Positions 1 through 22,147 of a stretch of 64,000 bases of DNA are shown one piece after another. A program made the position numbers and the translations under genes. The DNA is from the human T2T-CHM13v2.0 reference genome, Homo sapiens: NCBI RefSeq assembly GCF_009914755.1, contig NC_060928.1; one strand, given 5' to 3'. The notes below the pieces were generated by a model. The model ran no database searches. It had not been told where the DNA came from and worked only from the letters and a program-made list of their open reading frames with translations. The stretch's first letter is position 1, and each line of letters begins with the position of its first letter.

Positions 1-19
1 TGTTGTGTGTATTCGAGTA

Positions 20-100
20 GTGGTATCACTAGTGTCAAGAACACTGCCTGGAACATAATGGGCTCTCAACAAGTGTCCATTGAATGAATGAGCGAATGTG
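20..100 (+). mobile_element. L2 LINE 3' end fragment
   Basis: tgcctggaacata...ctcaacaagtgtccattgaatgaatga resembles the L2 3' terminus. Confidence 0.6.
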
Positions 101-230
101 GATGTACATTTAAATGTTATGATCTCAATATTGAGAGGTGTGTGTCAAGAAAGGGTCTAGCTCATCTAGGATTTGAGGGTTACGAACACATTTGAGAATG
201 ATTAAAAGTGTGTTTTCAAAAATATGGTTA

Positions 231-352
231 AGCCAGGCACCGTGGCATGCAGCTGTAGTCTCAGCTACTCAGGAGGCTAAGGTGGGAGGATTGCTTGAAC
301 CAAGGAGTTCAAGTCTAGCCTGGGCAACATAGTGAGAAACCATCTCTAAAAA
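231..352 (+). mobile_element. FLAM (free left Alu monomer)
   Basis: Single diverged Alu arm ending catctctaaaaa. Confidence 0.85.
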
Positions 353-594
353 TGTGTGTGTGTTGGGACAGGGAGGGTTAAGGTTTTAATTTGAAATATA
401 CTGCAGGGGATGATGATTTTATAGGACAGAATTAATTGCAGATGTGGACAAATTTACTGACTATAAAATCTACATCAAAATAATGTGAACATTCTTGCCT
501 CTGCTTCTATTATTTTTCTGCTTGGAATACCTTTGTGCCACCATCTGTCTGTCGCCTATATACACTTAATCCTCAAGAATACAGGGCTGTTCTG

Positions 595-1195
<601 letters not shown>

Positions 1196-1204
1196 TTAAA
1201 AGAT

Positions 1205-1375
1205 CACTATCTGTTCCCACACAAAGAAATAGTAAATGTTTGAGATGATGGATTTGATTTGGTAATTACACTGATTTGATCATTACACATTGTATACATG
1301 TATTGAAATATCACAATGTATCCCATAAATATGTACAGTTATTACGTGTCAATCAAAAACAGTAAAGAAAAGAAA
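1205..1375 (+). mobile_element. L1MA-type 3' UTR end
   Basis: aaatgtttgagatgatgga...tttgatcattacacattgtatacatgtattgaaatatcaca...cccataaatatgtaca. Confidence 0.8.
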
Positions 1376-1387
1376 ACACGCACACAC

Positions 1388-1600
1388 ACAGTCTGGAGCC
1401 AGATGCCTGAGTCTGAATCCCATCTCTGCCACTTACTGGGTGAGTATGGGCAATTCACTTAGCCATCCAGGGCCTTTAGACTCTTCAGCAGTACCCACTT
1501 CCTTGAGAGTATTAGGAGGATTCCACGTGTAACTGTAGGTGCAGTCTTGAGAACAACACCAGACCATTATAAGCCTCATCTAAGTATTTTCTGTTATGAT
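1388..1600 (+). mobile_element. MIR SINE
   Basis: ctggagccagatgcctg...gaatcccatctctgccacttact...gggcaattcactta core. Confidence 0.75.
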
Positions 1601-1703
1601 TATTCATCTAAACATCCAGCCAATGTTTCAACCAACATTTTTCAAGCATCTACTATGTGTCAGGTTCTGTGCATCATGCTGAAGGTAGAAAAGTAAATGA
1701 GCT

Positions 1704-1980
1704 GGCCAGATGCTGTGGCTCATGCCTGTAATCCTAGCACTTTGGGAGGCTGAGGTGGGCAGATCACCTGAGGTCAGGAGTTCGAGATCAGCCTGGCCAA
1801 CATGGTGAAACCCCATCTCTACTACAAATACAAAAAAATTAGCCAGGCGTGGTGGTGGGTGCCTGTAATCCCACCTACTCGGGAGGCTGAGGCAGGAGAA
1901 TCACGTGAACCCAGGAGGCAAAGGTTGCAGTGAGCCATTGCACTCCAGCCTGGGCAGCAAGAGTAAAACTCCATCTTAAA
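1704..1980 (+). mobile_element. AluSx-like
   Basis: Alu dimer; TSD aagtaaatgagct. Confidence 0.9.
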
Positions 1981-2065
1981 GAGGAAAAAGAAAGAAAGAA
2001 AGGAAAGAAAGAAAGAAAGGAAGGAAGGAAAGAAAGAGAAAGAGAGAAAAGAAAGAAAGGAAGGT
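1980..2065 (+). repeat. (GAAA/GGAA)n purine microsatellite from Alu tail
   Basis: Direct reading. Confidence 0.9.
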
Positions 2066-3133
2066 AAGTAAATGAGCTATGGTTCAAGGAAGGTAGGTAA
2101 GTAAATGAGCTATGGTTCCTGTCCTCAAGGAACTCATATCTTATGAAGGCAGGTAAGCAACCAGCCAATGGTCATATGGTGTGTAAGCCCAGGATGCTTT
2201 GTGAGTAGGTATATATTCTTTGTTTGTTTGTTCTGCTTTTGTTTTTTGTTTTGGGGAGTACTTATATATTCTAACCTAGGCTTAAAGGGCCACACTTGGG
2301 GAGAGCTGAGAGTCTTGAAGGTTGCCTACAAGCTAGTGAGGCAAAGAAGAGGAGAAGTGCATTTCAGGTGAGCAAAAATCACCAAGGAACAAAATAAATT
2401 GTAGATTAAGGTGTGTAAAGGCAAGGAGTTTTCTATGGCTGGAGGGTTGCATGGCAGTGATGTGAGATGAAATTGAGAGACAGACAGGGGCCAGCTCATG
2501 AGGAAAAGTGTCTGTCATGCCAGGGAGTTCAGAAAGGTTTCAAATAAGGAGTGCTGAGATCAGATAGGCATATCCATCAGAGTCCAGGGTAGTGGCAAAG
2601 TAGATGGAGAAGAGAGGATTCACGATATATTTAAAAGATGAGAGTCATGGTATCATGGTAAGAGTCAGATAATTGGGGGTAAGATAGAAGACAGCAGAAA
2701 ATTTGGAGTAGAGATGAGATAATCATTCATTCTGTAAATATTCATTGAACTCCTACTATATCCCAATCACTTTTCTAGACCTGGGGAAAACAGCAGTGAA
2801 CAAAACAGTCATAAATTCTGTCCTCGTGGAGCTTGCTTCTGTTGGGAGCAGACAAAGAAAAAACAAATAAGTAAAATATAAAGCATGCTTGATGATAGTA
2901 AGTACTATGAAGAAAAACAAAGCAGAGAAGGGAATAGAAAAAAAAACAGAGACAAAATAAAGCTGAAAGCTGGTTGCAATATTTCAAAGGTGATAAGGAA
3001 AGACTTCCCTGAGAAGGTGACATTGAGAGGAACTAAAGACAGTAAGGGACAGATTAATGCAGATGCTCAGAGGAAGTATATTCCAGGCAGAGCAAGAGTA
3101 TGCTTGGTGCCTTCAAGAATGGCTAGAATGCGA

Positions 3134-3436
3134 GGCCGGGCGCGGTGACTCACGCCTGTAATCCCAGCACTTTGGGAGGCCGAGGCGGGCAGATCACGAG
3201 GTCAGGAGATTGAGACCATCCTGGCTAACACGGTGAAACCCCGTCTCTATTAAAAATACAAAAAATTAGCAGGGCGTGGTGGTGGGTGCCTGTAGTCCCA
3301 GCTACTCAGGAGGCTGAGGCAGGAGAATGGCGTGAACCCCAGAGGTGGAGCTCTCAGTGAGCTGAGATTGTGCCACTGCACTCCAGCCCTGGCGACAGAG
3401 CAAGACTCCGTCTCAAAAAAAAAAAAAAAAAAAAAA
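3134..3436 (+). mobile_element. AluY
   Basis: accatcctggctaacacgg, gagaatggcgtgaacc; TSD aagaatggctagaatgc (3115-3131, 3435-3451). Confidence 0.93.
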
Positions 3437-3445
3437 GAATGGCTA

Positions 3446-3776
<331 letters not shown>

Positions 3777-3949
3777 TCATGTCCTTTGCAGGAACGTGGA
3801 TGGAGCTGGAGGCCAGCATTCCTAGCAAACTTAATTCTTTGCCACTGTGCCTGGTATTCTCAACAAATTATCCAGAAAACCACGAGTCATCTGTCAGGTT
3901 TAGCACCAAAAGAGAAACATATCTGCCATCTCTTTTCTGGTTCAATCAT

Positions 3950-4075
3950 TTTATTTTATAGGTAAGGAAACAGACCTGGAAAGACAAAGTGACTTCTCCC
4001 AAGATTAACCAGCCTCTTTCTAAAAGGCAGTGTCAGGACTCAGACATCTGACTCTAAATCAGTGTTTCATTTAGT
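3950..4075 (-). mobile_element. MIR fragment within foreign insert in L1
   Basis: ttttataggtaaggaaacagac...aagtgacttctcccaag resembles reverse MIR core. Confidence 0.6.
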
Positions 4076-4360
4076 CTTCACATCCTGCAGGAACAGAACA
4101 CCAAACACTACATGTTCTCACTTATAAATGGGAGCTAAATAACGAGAACCAGTGGGCATTAAGAGGGGAACAACAGACACTGGAGCCTGCTGGAGGGACA
4201 TGGGAGAGGATCAGGAAAAATAACTATTGGGTACTATGCTTAGTACCTGGGTGACAAAATGGTCTATACACCAAACCACTGTGACACGAGTTTGCCTGCA
4301 TTAACAAACCTGCACCTGTATTCCTGAACCTAAAATTAAAGTTAAAAAAGAAAAGGCTTT

Positions 4361-5248
<888 letters not shown>

Positions 5249-5259
5249 GCAGCTAGAAG

Positions 5260-5500
5260 AGCAGGGCATGCTGGCATATGCATGCAATCCCAGCTACTCA
5301 GTTCAGGAGCCTGGGCAACGTAGTGAGATCCTGCCACAGTTTAAAAAAATTGGCAGCCAACACAGTGGCTGTGCTTGGGAGGCTAAGGGAGGGAAAGTGC
5401 TGGAGTCCAGGAATTCAAGCCTGCAGTGATCCATTACTGTACCACTGCACTCCAGCCTGGGTGACAGAGCGAGACTCCGTCTCAAAAAAAAAAAAAAGAG
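5260..5500 (+). mobile_element. Degenerate, internally deleted AluJ
   Basis: Broken left arm; intact 3' end ccactgcactccagcctgggtgacagagcgagactcc. Confidence 0.7.
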
Positions 5501-5569
5501 AAAGAACAAAGAAAGAACAGCTGGAAGGTTTGGGCTGCAGTAGCCAGAGTGGATAGAAATAAGAAATGA

Positions 5570-6752
<1,183 letters not shown>

Positions 6753-7453
6753 TGAATTCATCTTCAAACTCCCGAACTTCAAAACTCCCACACATACAGG
6801 CCTAGTGAGCCTCATCAGGTGCACCTAGCAGGCAGAAGAATGTCCCGTATGTAGGCACAAGTTTGATGTCTTGGCAGCGAATTGATAAGGCTTGAAGCCA
6901 AGAGATCGCCCAGAGTGTTGGGTGAACAAGAGGAGGATAGGACTAGGGACAGAAACTGTGTCCTGGCAAAGGGACAAGAGCATATGGAGAAGCTAAGAAG
7001 AAAGCGTTAGTCCAGGAAATAATTAGATTCAAGAAGGAAGGTGTGTTTACAAAGTCAACTGAGGCAAACGGTTAATAAGACAAGGATTGAAAACGATCAT
7101 TTTGTTTTGCAACTGGGAGATAACGGGCGCCCTTGACAAGGGTGGTTTCCGTGGAGTGGTAAGGCTGAGCAGTGACTGGGCAGTGAAGGCGGGAAGACAG
7201 CAAGCAAGACAAACTGCTCAACTAATGGGGCCATGAAATGAAGAACAGTGATAGGGTAATCACCATTGGATCAAAGGAGAGCTGGCCTTTTGAGATGAGC
7301 ATGTCTATAAACTGAAGATAAAAGCCAGTCAGGTGTGATTGGGTGTCTTAGACATGCAGGACAATCATTCATCCATTCATTCACTTGTTCAACAAGTATT
7401 CATAATCTATCAAGAGTCAAACACTGGGCATACACAGATAAATAGAAACATGA

Positions 7454-8419
<966 letters not shown>

Positions 8420-8714
8420 TTTAGAGATGGTCTCACTCTGTCATCCAGGCTGGAGTGCAGTAGTGTGATCATAACTCACTGCAGTCTCAAACTCCCGGAC
8501 TGTACTCAAGCAATCTGCCTGTCTCAACCTCCCAAGTAGCTGGAATTACAAGCATGTGCCACCATGCCCAACTAACTTTTCTTTAAATGTTTTGTAGACA
8601 TGGGGTCTTGCTATGTTGCCTAGGCTGGTGTCAAACTCCTGGGCTCAAGCCATCTGCCTTCCTTGGCCTCCCAAAGTACTGGGATTGCAGACATGCTCCA
8701 CCATTCCCAACCTG
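8420..8714 (-). mobile_element. AluJ
   Basis: gatcataactcactgcag, ggtcttgctatgttgcc. Confidence 0.85.
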
Positions 8715-8930
8715 GACAAGGGAATTAAAAATGAGAAAATGAAGGGTGGCAGGGCATTCTAGCCAGAGGAACCACATGAACAACAATGACAAGATTCGGA
8801 TGTGGGGGTAGGGGTTGGGATTAGAAAGCATTTAGTATCTGGTGTGACTGGGAGTGTGGTAAAGTGGCAGGATTTGCAGCTAGTAAGATGGGTTGGAGCC
8901 AGGTCCTTAAGAGCTTTGAAAGGAGAATGG

Positions 8931-9251
<321 letters not shown>

Positions 9252-9469
9252 TGACAAGACTGAGCAGAAAAGTGACATAATCAAGGATGTATCTCAGAGA
9301 AAAAACCTCAAGCACACCACAGAGGATAGACTGAAGAAGGAACTTGGGAGCAGAGAGATTGGTTATGAGGAGATTGCAATCATCCAGGTAAGAAATGACA
9401 AGGTCCACAGGGCCAGGTAAGAGATGACAAGGTCCACAGAGATGTTGAATGTGGTAACTATTATAGGTG

Positions 9470-11417
<1,948 letters not shown>

Positions 11418-11689
11418 TCATTGTGGTTTTCTACAATAAATCTGGACAAGTAGAAGGATTTTCCTTTTCTTCTTTTATTTTGGAGAACCAGCCCAGACAA
11501 CATAGTGAGACCACATTTCCAAGGTTGCAGCAGTAGGAAGGTCTAGCTCCTTTGAATTCTTTCAACAAATAACAGCCTGGCACTACAGACTTGAGATGGG
11601 GACATGTGTTTTCTGTTTTTACAGCAGAATTTAGGGATTTACACAATTGTCATTAAGTGTGTGCCCAAGTGAATTCATTTCTCTGTTTT

Positions 11690-11994
11690 TAAATTTATTT
11701 TTAGTTTTTGAGATAAGATCTCACTCTGTCTCCCAGGCAGAAGTGCAGTGGCACAATCACGGCTCATTGCAGCCTTGACCTCCTAGGCTCAGGTGATCGT
11801 CCCACCTCAGCCTCCCAAGTAGCTGGAACTACAAGTATGTGTCATCATGCCTACCTATTTTTAAAAATTTTTTGTAGAAATGAGGTCTCACTGTGTTGCC
11901 TGGGCTGGTTTCAAACTCCTGAAATCAAGCAATCCTCCCACCTTGGGCCTCCCAAAGTGCTAAGATTACAGGCAAGAACCACCTCACCTAGCCT
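11690..11994 (-). mobile_element. AluJ
   Basis: J-type reverse dimer. Confidence 0.85.
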
Positions 11995-12109
11995 GGTGCC
12001 CATTTTTTAAAACCAAAAAGCCCTTTAGTAAGACTTAAGATGCATTTGAATGTGCCTTCATTATGGCATTGGTGACATCTGGTTATAGTTAATTCAATGC
12101 AAATATTCA

Positions 12110-12345
12110 TGTTCATCTGGATTATAAGCTGCCTCCTGGGGGTGTAGAAACTGCCTTGCTGAGTTGCATTTCCCCAGCTCCAAGTAAAAGTCCATGGGGC
12201 AGGGACTCAAGGAATGCTTGATGAATGATTGAAGGAAGTTTCTGAACTGTGGCTCAAAGAACACATTTTAGTACTGGCTCTGCTTCAATTTCCTCAGCTA
12301 TGAAATGAGTTTCCAGGAAATAAGTCCTATTATTCCTTCTTACCT
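12110..12345 (+). mobile_element. L2 3' end followed by MIR fragment
   Basis: ctcaaggaatgcttgatgaatga; ctctgcttcaatttcctcagctatgaaatga. Confidence 0.5.
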
Positions 12346-13347
12346 GTAAACATTTTTTGATCCCTAATGGGAAAAGACAAAAGAAATCTCTTTTCCAAAG
12401 AGCCTCTTATCTAAACATTTTCTGATGTCTAATGAGAAAAGACAAAAAAAAAATTCTTTGCTAAAAAATGTTTAAGTATAGCTGTTTAATGAATTCAGTT
12501 TGGTTGTATCTCCAGCACGAGGATGGACTGACTAGACCTCTAGAGATTCTTTATGGACTCTGTGATGAGATCTTATTAACTTTCCTCTATCTTGAGGTCT
12601 GTGTCAGAATCATTGGGTGTGAGGCCCCATTTTGGTGACTGAGTTGTTTCTGTTTTCCTCTTGTTTACCATCACAATATTTCCCCTTTCCATGGGGATTT
12701 TCTGAAAAGGTCACATGGCCACTTCAGAAAGTCGTCCTCTTGTTGAATGACAATGATAGCCTCTTTCTCTGGTTGGCAACCAGAGGCAACCGCTGTCTGA
12801 ACTAGTCAGAAAGAGGAGCTTAGGCCACTCAGTTGGCTGAGGCCAGAGGGAAAGTCCAGGCTCCTCCGATGACATCAGGACTGCGGCAAAATGTCTTCCA
12901 TGAAAATGATGATTCGGCAAAGTTCCACCAAGGCCTTGCTAGAGCAGCAGGGGAGGAAGGAAGTGTCTCCTGGGACCGGCTCGGACTTACAGAGAAGGAG
13001 CTCCAAAATATTTCAGAGCATCCTGTCAACCACGCCTCTCCAATCCACTTCCAAAGTGCATACACAAGATAATCTCGTGCCCTTTTGGATCCAAGATAAT
13101 CCTGCTCTAAGCACAGTAAATAGCTCTGGGTAGAGCTGTGAGTATAAACCAAACTAGCCATCCATCACTCAAATACCTTCTGGGTCCTTGCCCCGTGCTA
13201 GACCCTGGGCTGGCTGTTAGACTCAGGATGGTGAGTGAAATCACAATCCACAACTGATGGTCTGGTTGGGTACACGTAGGCATACAAAGCTAATACTAAA
13301 GTAGCACAAGGGCTCTGCTTTGCCTGGGAGTACAGAAGAAGGAATGA

Positions 13348-14278
<931 letters not shown>

Positions 14279-14377
14279 GTCACTTCTTTCTCCCATACTT
14301 CAGCCCTCATGCCATTTGTCTCCGGCGGCTGAGCTCTGCCTTCTGAAAGGCTCTGCGGACAGTCACCTCTTCTGTGA

Positions 14378-14776
<399 letters not shown>

Positions 14777-14809
14777 TGAATCACATAGCACTGTGAGCAT
14801 CTGTAGGTT

Positions 14810-14915
14810 TATTTGACTTTGCCTGGTAGGAACTATGACATGCATCTTTGTAAACCGAGGCCCTAGTAGAGTGCCTCATACAGAGTAGATGCCTAATAAA
14901 TATTTGATGAATGAA
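14810..14915 (+). mobile_element. L2 3' end
   Basis: gagtagatgcctaataaatatttgatgaatgaa. Confidence 0.65.
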
Positions 14916-15737
14916 TACATGACCCCTCTGCTGTGATTTCCTGGCTTTAATTCTTGGGTAGACAGTAAGAAGTTGGAAGCCGTGTTCCTGACCCCAGCTC
15001 TGGGCCAAGGGGAATTCTTGGTGTGCTTTCAGGAAAGGTTAGGAAATCTCTCCTTCTCCCTCCCATAGGGCTGACTCTAATTGTGATCTTATTGCAGAGA
15101 ATAACCTCCCTTTCTAGGCCCACTTGCCCAGGCCATTAGGAATCAATGAAGTAAATTCCAAGAGTGTGAAAATAAGTGAGGCCGGAGGACGGGTGCAAAG
15201 GCAGCTAAACTGTGGTGAAAATCTCTGCAGATCAGCCTGAGGCATCTCAAAGATGCCATCAGTCCTTAAGAAAGCTTTTATCTTTGTAGTTTTTATCACA
15301 GGGTGACAGCAAATACCAGCTCTGGTAGTAAACCAAGGGCTGAATAAATGCCCCCTACAAAAGATAGAATCCTGTAGAGGAATTCCAAACTGTTTGTTGG
15401 GTGAGCAGGCAGCTGGTCTTTGGGGAAAGCTGGTTTCAGCTGCTTCTTGTGCTTTGCCTGAGGTGTTATTTTAAAATTTCCCTGCCAGGGAAGACCTGAT
15501 CCCCTCTGAAGAACCAAGATGAGCAGGAATGGAAGATGCAGGAGGATCCCCTGCCATGTTAGACTTCAAACAAACAAACAGAAACACAAATTCCAGAGCT
15601 GGGAGAAGAAAAGTTAGTCTTCCCTGCTGGGTGGAAATGGAAATGAACCAAACAGCCTGGAGTGTAAGAAATGGGGAGTTGGCCTAGGAAAATGAACTCG
15701 TGTTTAGCCATGCTGTTAGTAGAAATGAGGAAAGAAC

Positions 15738-16336
<599 letters not shown>

Positions 16337-16350
16337 CTATCATGGTTTGA

Positions 16351-17110
<760 letters not shown>

Positions 17111-17648
17111 AAAAAAATAAATAAATAGTAAAAGAGGAATTAAAAATGAAATAAATAAATACAACTCAGTACACGATTCCTATTTTCCTCCTCTGTGCGT
17201 TTGTAGACTTACTGCCTTTGGGTGCATTGTGAGGCAGGCATTATGACTGTGGGAGAAAGAAGGGGGAAAGGATCGAGTTTAAAGAGGCCTAACTTTTGGA
17301 AAATCTCCCAATTTGGGTTTAGCAGTGTGCTTGGCTTAAAAGGAAGAAAGAAAGAAAAAGGAAAAAAGAAAAAAAGAAGGGAGGGAGAAAGGGAGCCTGC
17401 AGGCATGGGATTTAAATGTTCCCACTTCCTAATCTTGGTGAGGACCAGAGAGAGACACCAAAATATCACGGGATTGGCAAGTACTGCCCTACTTTCAATT
17501 CAGTCCAAAGCAGGAAGGCTTAGGTATGTCACGAGAAAGCCTCTTGTTACCGCCCTAAGACTAGAACAAAAAAATTGGGAGGAGACTCCCATCTTGAAAG
17601 CTGTGATTTCCAAAGAGGCCTTGCTAGTCTTATGACTGATGTGTCTCA

Positions 17649-17999
<351 letters not shown>

Positions 18000-18534
18000 T
18001 CACCCTTGAATCCATCACATGGGATTAAGGAGATAATATACATTCGTTTAAGTAAAAGGATAGAGGAGGGATAGCACTCATGGAAGAGCAAAGGGAAGAA
18101 GAAAAAAACCTGGGCTGGAATATTGCACGTGCGGGTTCTAGTTCTGACTCCTCTAGTTTTCCCTTTACTCGTTTGAACTTATTGCGGTAACTTTACCCCC
18201 TTTACTCTCCTCTGTTTCATGAAGAAGCTGTGCTAGATAACACCAAAAAGAACTCCCAGCTCCAGAAATCTAAGGGAGTCTTCAGAGGCTGCCAAAGAGA
18301 TAGGCAATTGATTGTAATTTCAAGCTGTTTGGCTAAAAGATGATGAGTCAGAAATCAATCCAAGAACTATTTGTATTGCTACGCATTTCAAACTCTCTAA
18401 TTTGAGTTCTAGTAAATGAAAGAGAAAGAAGAAGAAGAAAGATTATGAAGTAAACAGAAATAAGGGAAACAGCATGTAAAATTTTTAAAAAACAAGTATC
18501 TTTTTAATAAGTTAGATAACAAAACTAGGTACTT

Positions 18535-19645
<1,111 letters not shown>

Positions 19646-19649
19646 GGTA

Positions 19650-19779
19650 ATTTTTTTTATAGATAAAGATGGGTTCTCACTGTTGCCCAGGCTGGCCTCT
19701 AACTCCTGGCCTCAAGAGATCCTCACACTTTGGCATCACAAAGTGCAGGGATTACAGACATGAGTCAGTGTGCTCGGCC
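19650..19779 (-). mobile_element. FLAM
   Basis: Single reverse left arm. Confidence 0.8.
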
Positions 19780-20576
19780 CAAAAAAGGCAAATATAAAAG
19801 GATACTCTGCAAATGACAATATGCAAGTGTTCTATACGATATTCATTATTAATGCAACAATAATGGTTATCATGCAGTAATAACAACTGTAATGGAAAAA
19901 GTTTTAAATGCTCATCATCAAAGTGAATATCTAAACAGGAACTATAAATCATTGTATCGAATGTCTAATCAAACAGGGTTTGGAGGATGATCCCTGGCTA
20001 ACCAGACATTGGGAGCTTCCGGCATCAGTTTTCATCATTGAATGTCTAAGTTTCTGGGCTCAGAAAAAAGTTTGCATCATCAAAAATGTGGATATGTGAG
20101 AAACAGTGCAGAGAAGGTATAGAACATTGTGAAACCTCTTTCTCTGAACAGTTTTAACATCGAAAGTGCCATCTGGCCACAAGGATCAGAAAATAACCAG
20201 ATTACTAGCTGCCAGATTTTACTTCTGCAAAAAAATAAATCAAAAGACTCAGTAATCTATCAGTGCAGGAATTCTGGGTTGTGATCAGAATAAAATAGGT
20301 GGCAAAATGTTCCTATGAGTATCAAGGCCAGCAAAGAATCTCTTTGGCCTTTTAGAACTGGATCACGTTAACTTGAAACTGAGTCTCTGTGCAAAGGGAT
20401 GGGGCATAGCTCCTTCAAAAGAGGATGTGGGTAATCAGACCACTCAAACAGGTGGCACAGTCAGTGTGGGAGTCTTGGTCCCACTGAGGTATCAATACTC
20501 ATCTGGGGAGCCCTCCTCCTGCCCTGCTAATTACGTTAATCTCTTAAATTCCCTTAAAAAGTCATGGCACTTTTCA

Positions 20577-20883
20577 GGCTGGGCATGGTGGCTCACGCCT
20601 GTAATGCCAGCATTTTGGGAGGCCGAGGCTGGTGGGTCGCTTGAGCTCAGGAGTTCAGTCAAGAATGGCTCCGGCAACATGGTGAAACCCCATCTCTACG
20701 AAAACATTGAAAATTAGCCGGGCATGATAGCGTGTGCCTATTTTCCCAGCTACTCCGGAGGCTCAGGTGGGAGAATCATCTGAGCACAGGAAGTTCGAGG
20801 CTTCAGTGAGCTGTGATTGTGCCACTGCACTCCAGCCTGGGTGACAGAGCGAGACCCTGTCTTAAAAAAAAAAAAAAAAAAAA
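20577..20883 (+). mobile_element. AluJ
   Basis: TSD aaaaagtc(a/c)t(g/a)gcacttttca. Confidence 0.88.
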
Positions 20884-20904
20884 GTCCTAGCACTTTTCAA
20901 ACAT

Positions 20905-21065
20905 GTTAGGGACTTTAGAACTTATCTGGCCAAATGCTTCCATTTCACAGGTGAGGAAAACAAAGTCTCAGAGAACTACTCTGAAGGCCAGAGAACTCAT
21001 CAGTGGCTCAAGCAAAACATGAATCTCCCGCTTTCCATAACAGTTTTCTCTTCACAGTGCTGCTG
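20905..21065 (-). mobile_element. MIR
   Basis: catttcacaggtgaggaaaacaaagtctcagaga. Confidence 0.6.
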
Positions 21066-21099
21066 CCTTCCCCATCCTTCCACCTTTAGTGCTCCCACA

Positions 21100-21553
21100 A
21101 TCTTTTTTTTTTTTTAGGCAGAGTCTCACTCTGTCACCCAGACTGGAGTACACTAGTGCAATCTCGGCTTACTGCAGCCTCCACCTCCCAGGGTTCAAGC
21201 AATTCTCCTGTTTCAGCCTCCCGAGTAACTGGGATTACAGGCGCCTGCCACCATGTCTGGCTAATTTTTGTATTTTTAGTAGAGACGGGGTTTCACAATG
21301 TTGGTCAGGCTGGTAATTTTTGTATTTTTAGTAGAGATGGGGTTTCACCATGTTGGCCAGGGTGATAATTTTTGCGTTTTTAGTAGAGATGGGGTTTCGC
21401 CATGTTGGCCAGGCTGGTAATTTTTGTATTTTTAGTAGAGACTGGGTTTCACCATGTTGGCCAGGCTGGTCTTGAACTCCAGGCCTCGAGTAATCCACCC
21501 ACCTTGGCCTCCCAAAGTGTTGGGATTAGAGGCATGAGCCACCGTGCTCAGGC
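21100..21553 (-). mobile_element. AluS with internal tandem expansion
   Basis: Reverse dimer about 156 bp longer than consensus. Confidence 0.9.
21262..21469. repeat. 4 x 52-bp Alu-derived minisatellite
   Basis: Units start at 21262, 21314, 21366, 21418. Confidence 0.95.
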
Positions 21554-21696
21554 TTCCCACAATAATTTTTACTTTGACACATACAGACTTCAATATCACA
21601 TTCGTATGCACCAAGCTATATGGGAGAATATCTGTAAAGATTCATGAGTTGTTATGTATAGAGTGCTTAAATTGTGGACATAGAAAATAATATTTC

Positions 21697-22147
21697 TATC
21701 CAGATGCAGTGGCTCACGCCTGTAATCCCAGCACTTTGGGAGGCTGAGGCGGGCAGATCACCAGAGGTCAGGAGTTCGAGACCAACCTGGCCAACATGGT
21801 GAAACCCCATCTCTATTAAAAATATAAAAAATTGGCCAGGCATGGTAGCGGGCACCTATAATCCCAGCTACTCAGGAGGGCGAGGCAAAAGAATCGCTTG
21901 AACCCAGGAAGTGGAGGTTGCAGTGAGCCGAGATCGCACCATTGCACTCCAGCGTGGGCAATAGAGAGAGACTCCATTTCAAAAAAAAAAAAAAATCACT
22001 AGGCCAGGTGCGGTGGTTCATGCCCTGTAACCCCAGCAATTTGGGAGGCTGAGGCAGGAGGATTGTTTGTGGCCAGGAGTTTGATACCAGCCTGGGCAAT
22101 ATAGTGACACCTCATTTCTACAAAAGATAAAATAAAAAAAAAAAAAT
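21697..22147 (+). mobile_element. AluSx (21697-21994) plus FLAM (22002-22147)
   Basis: Alu consensus match. Confidence 0.88.

Larger units (their letters stand above)
1628..3125 (-). mobile_element. L2 fragments (two reverse 3' ends, interrupted by Alu)
   Basis: Reverse L2 termini at about 1628 and 2722 (tcattcattc...attgaactcctactat...cagcagtgaacaaaacag). Confidence 0.65.

Noticed and set aside
21262-21469. Regularly spaced repeats resembling a CRISPR array
   Set aside because: Head-to-tail Alu-derived units with no spacers, in eukaryotic DNA with no cas genes
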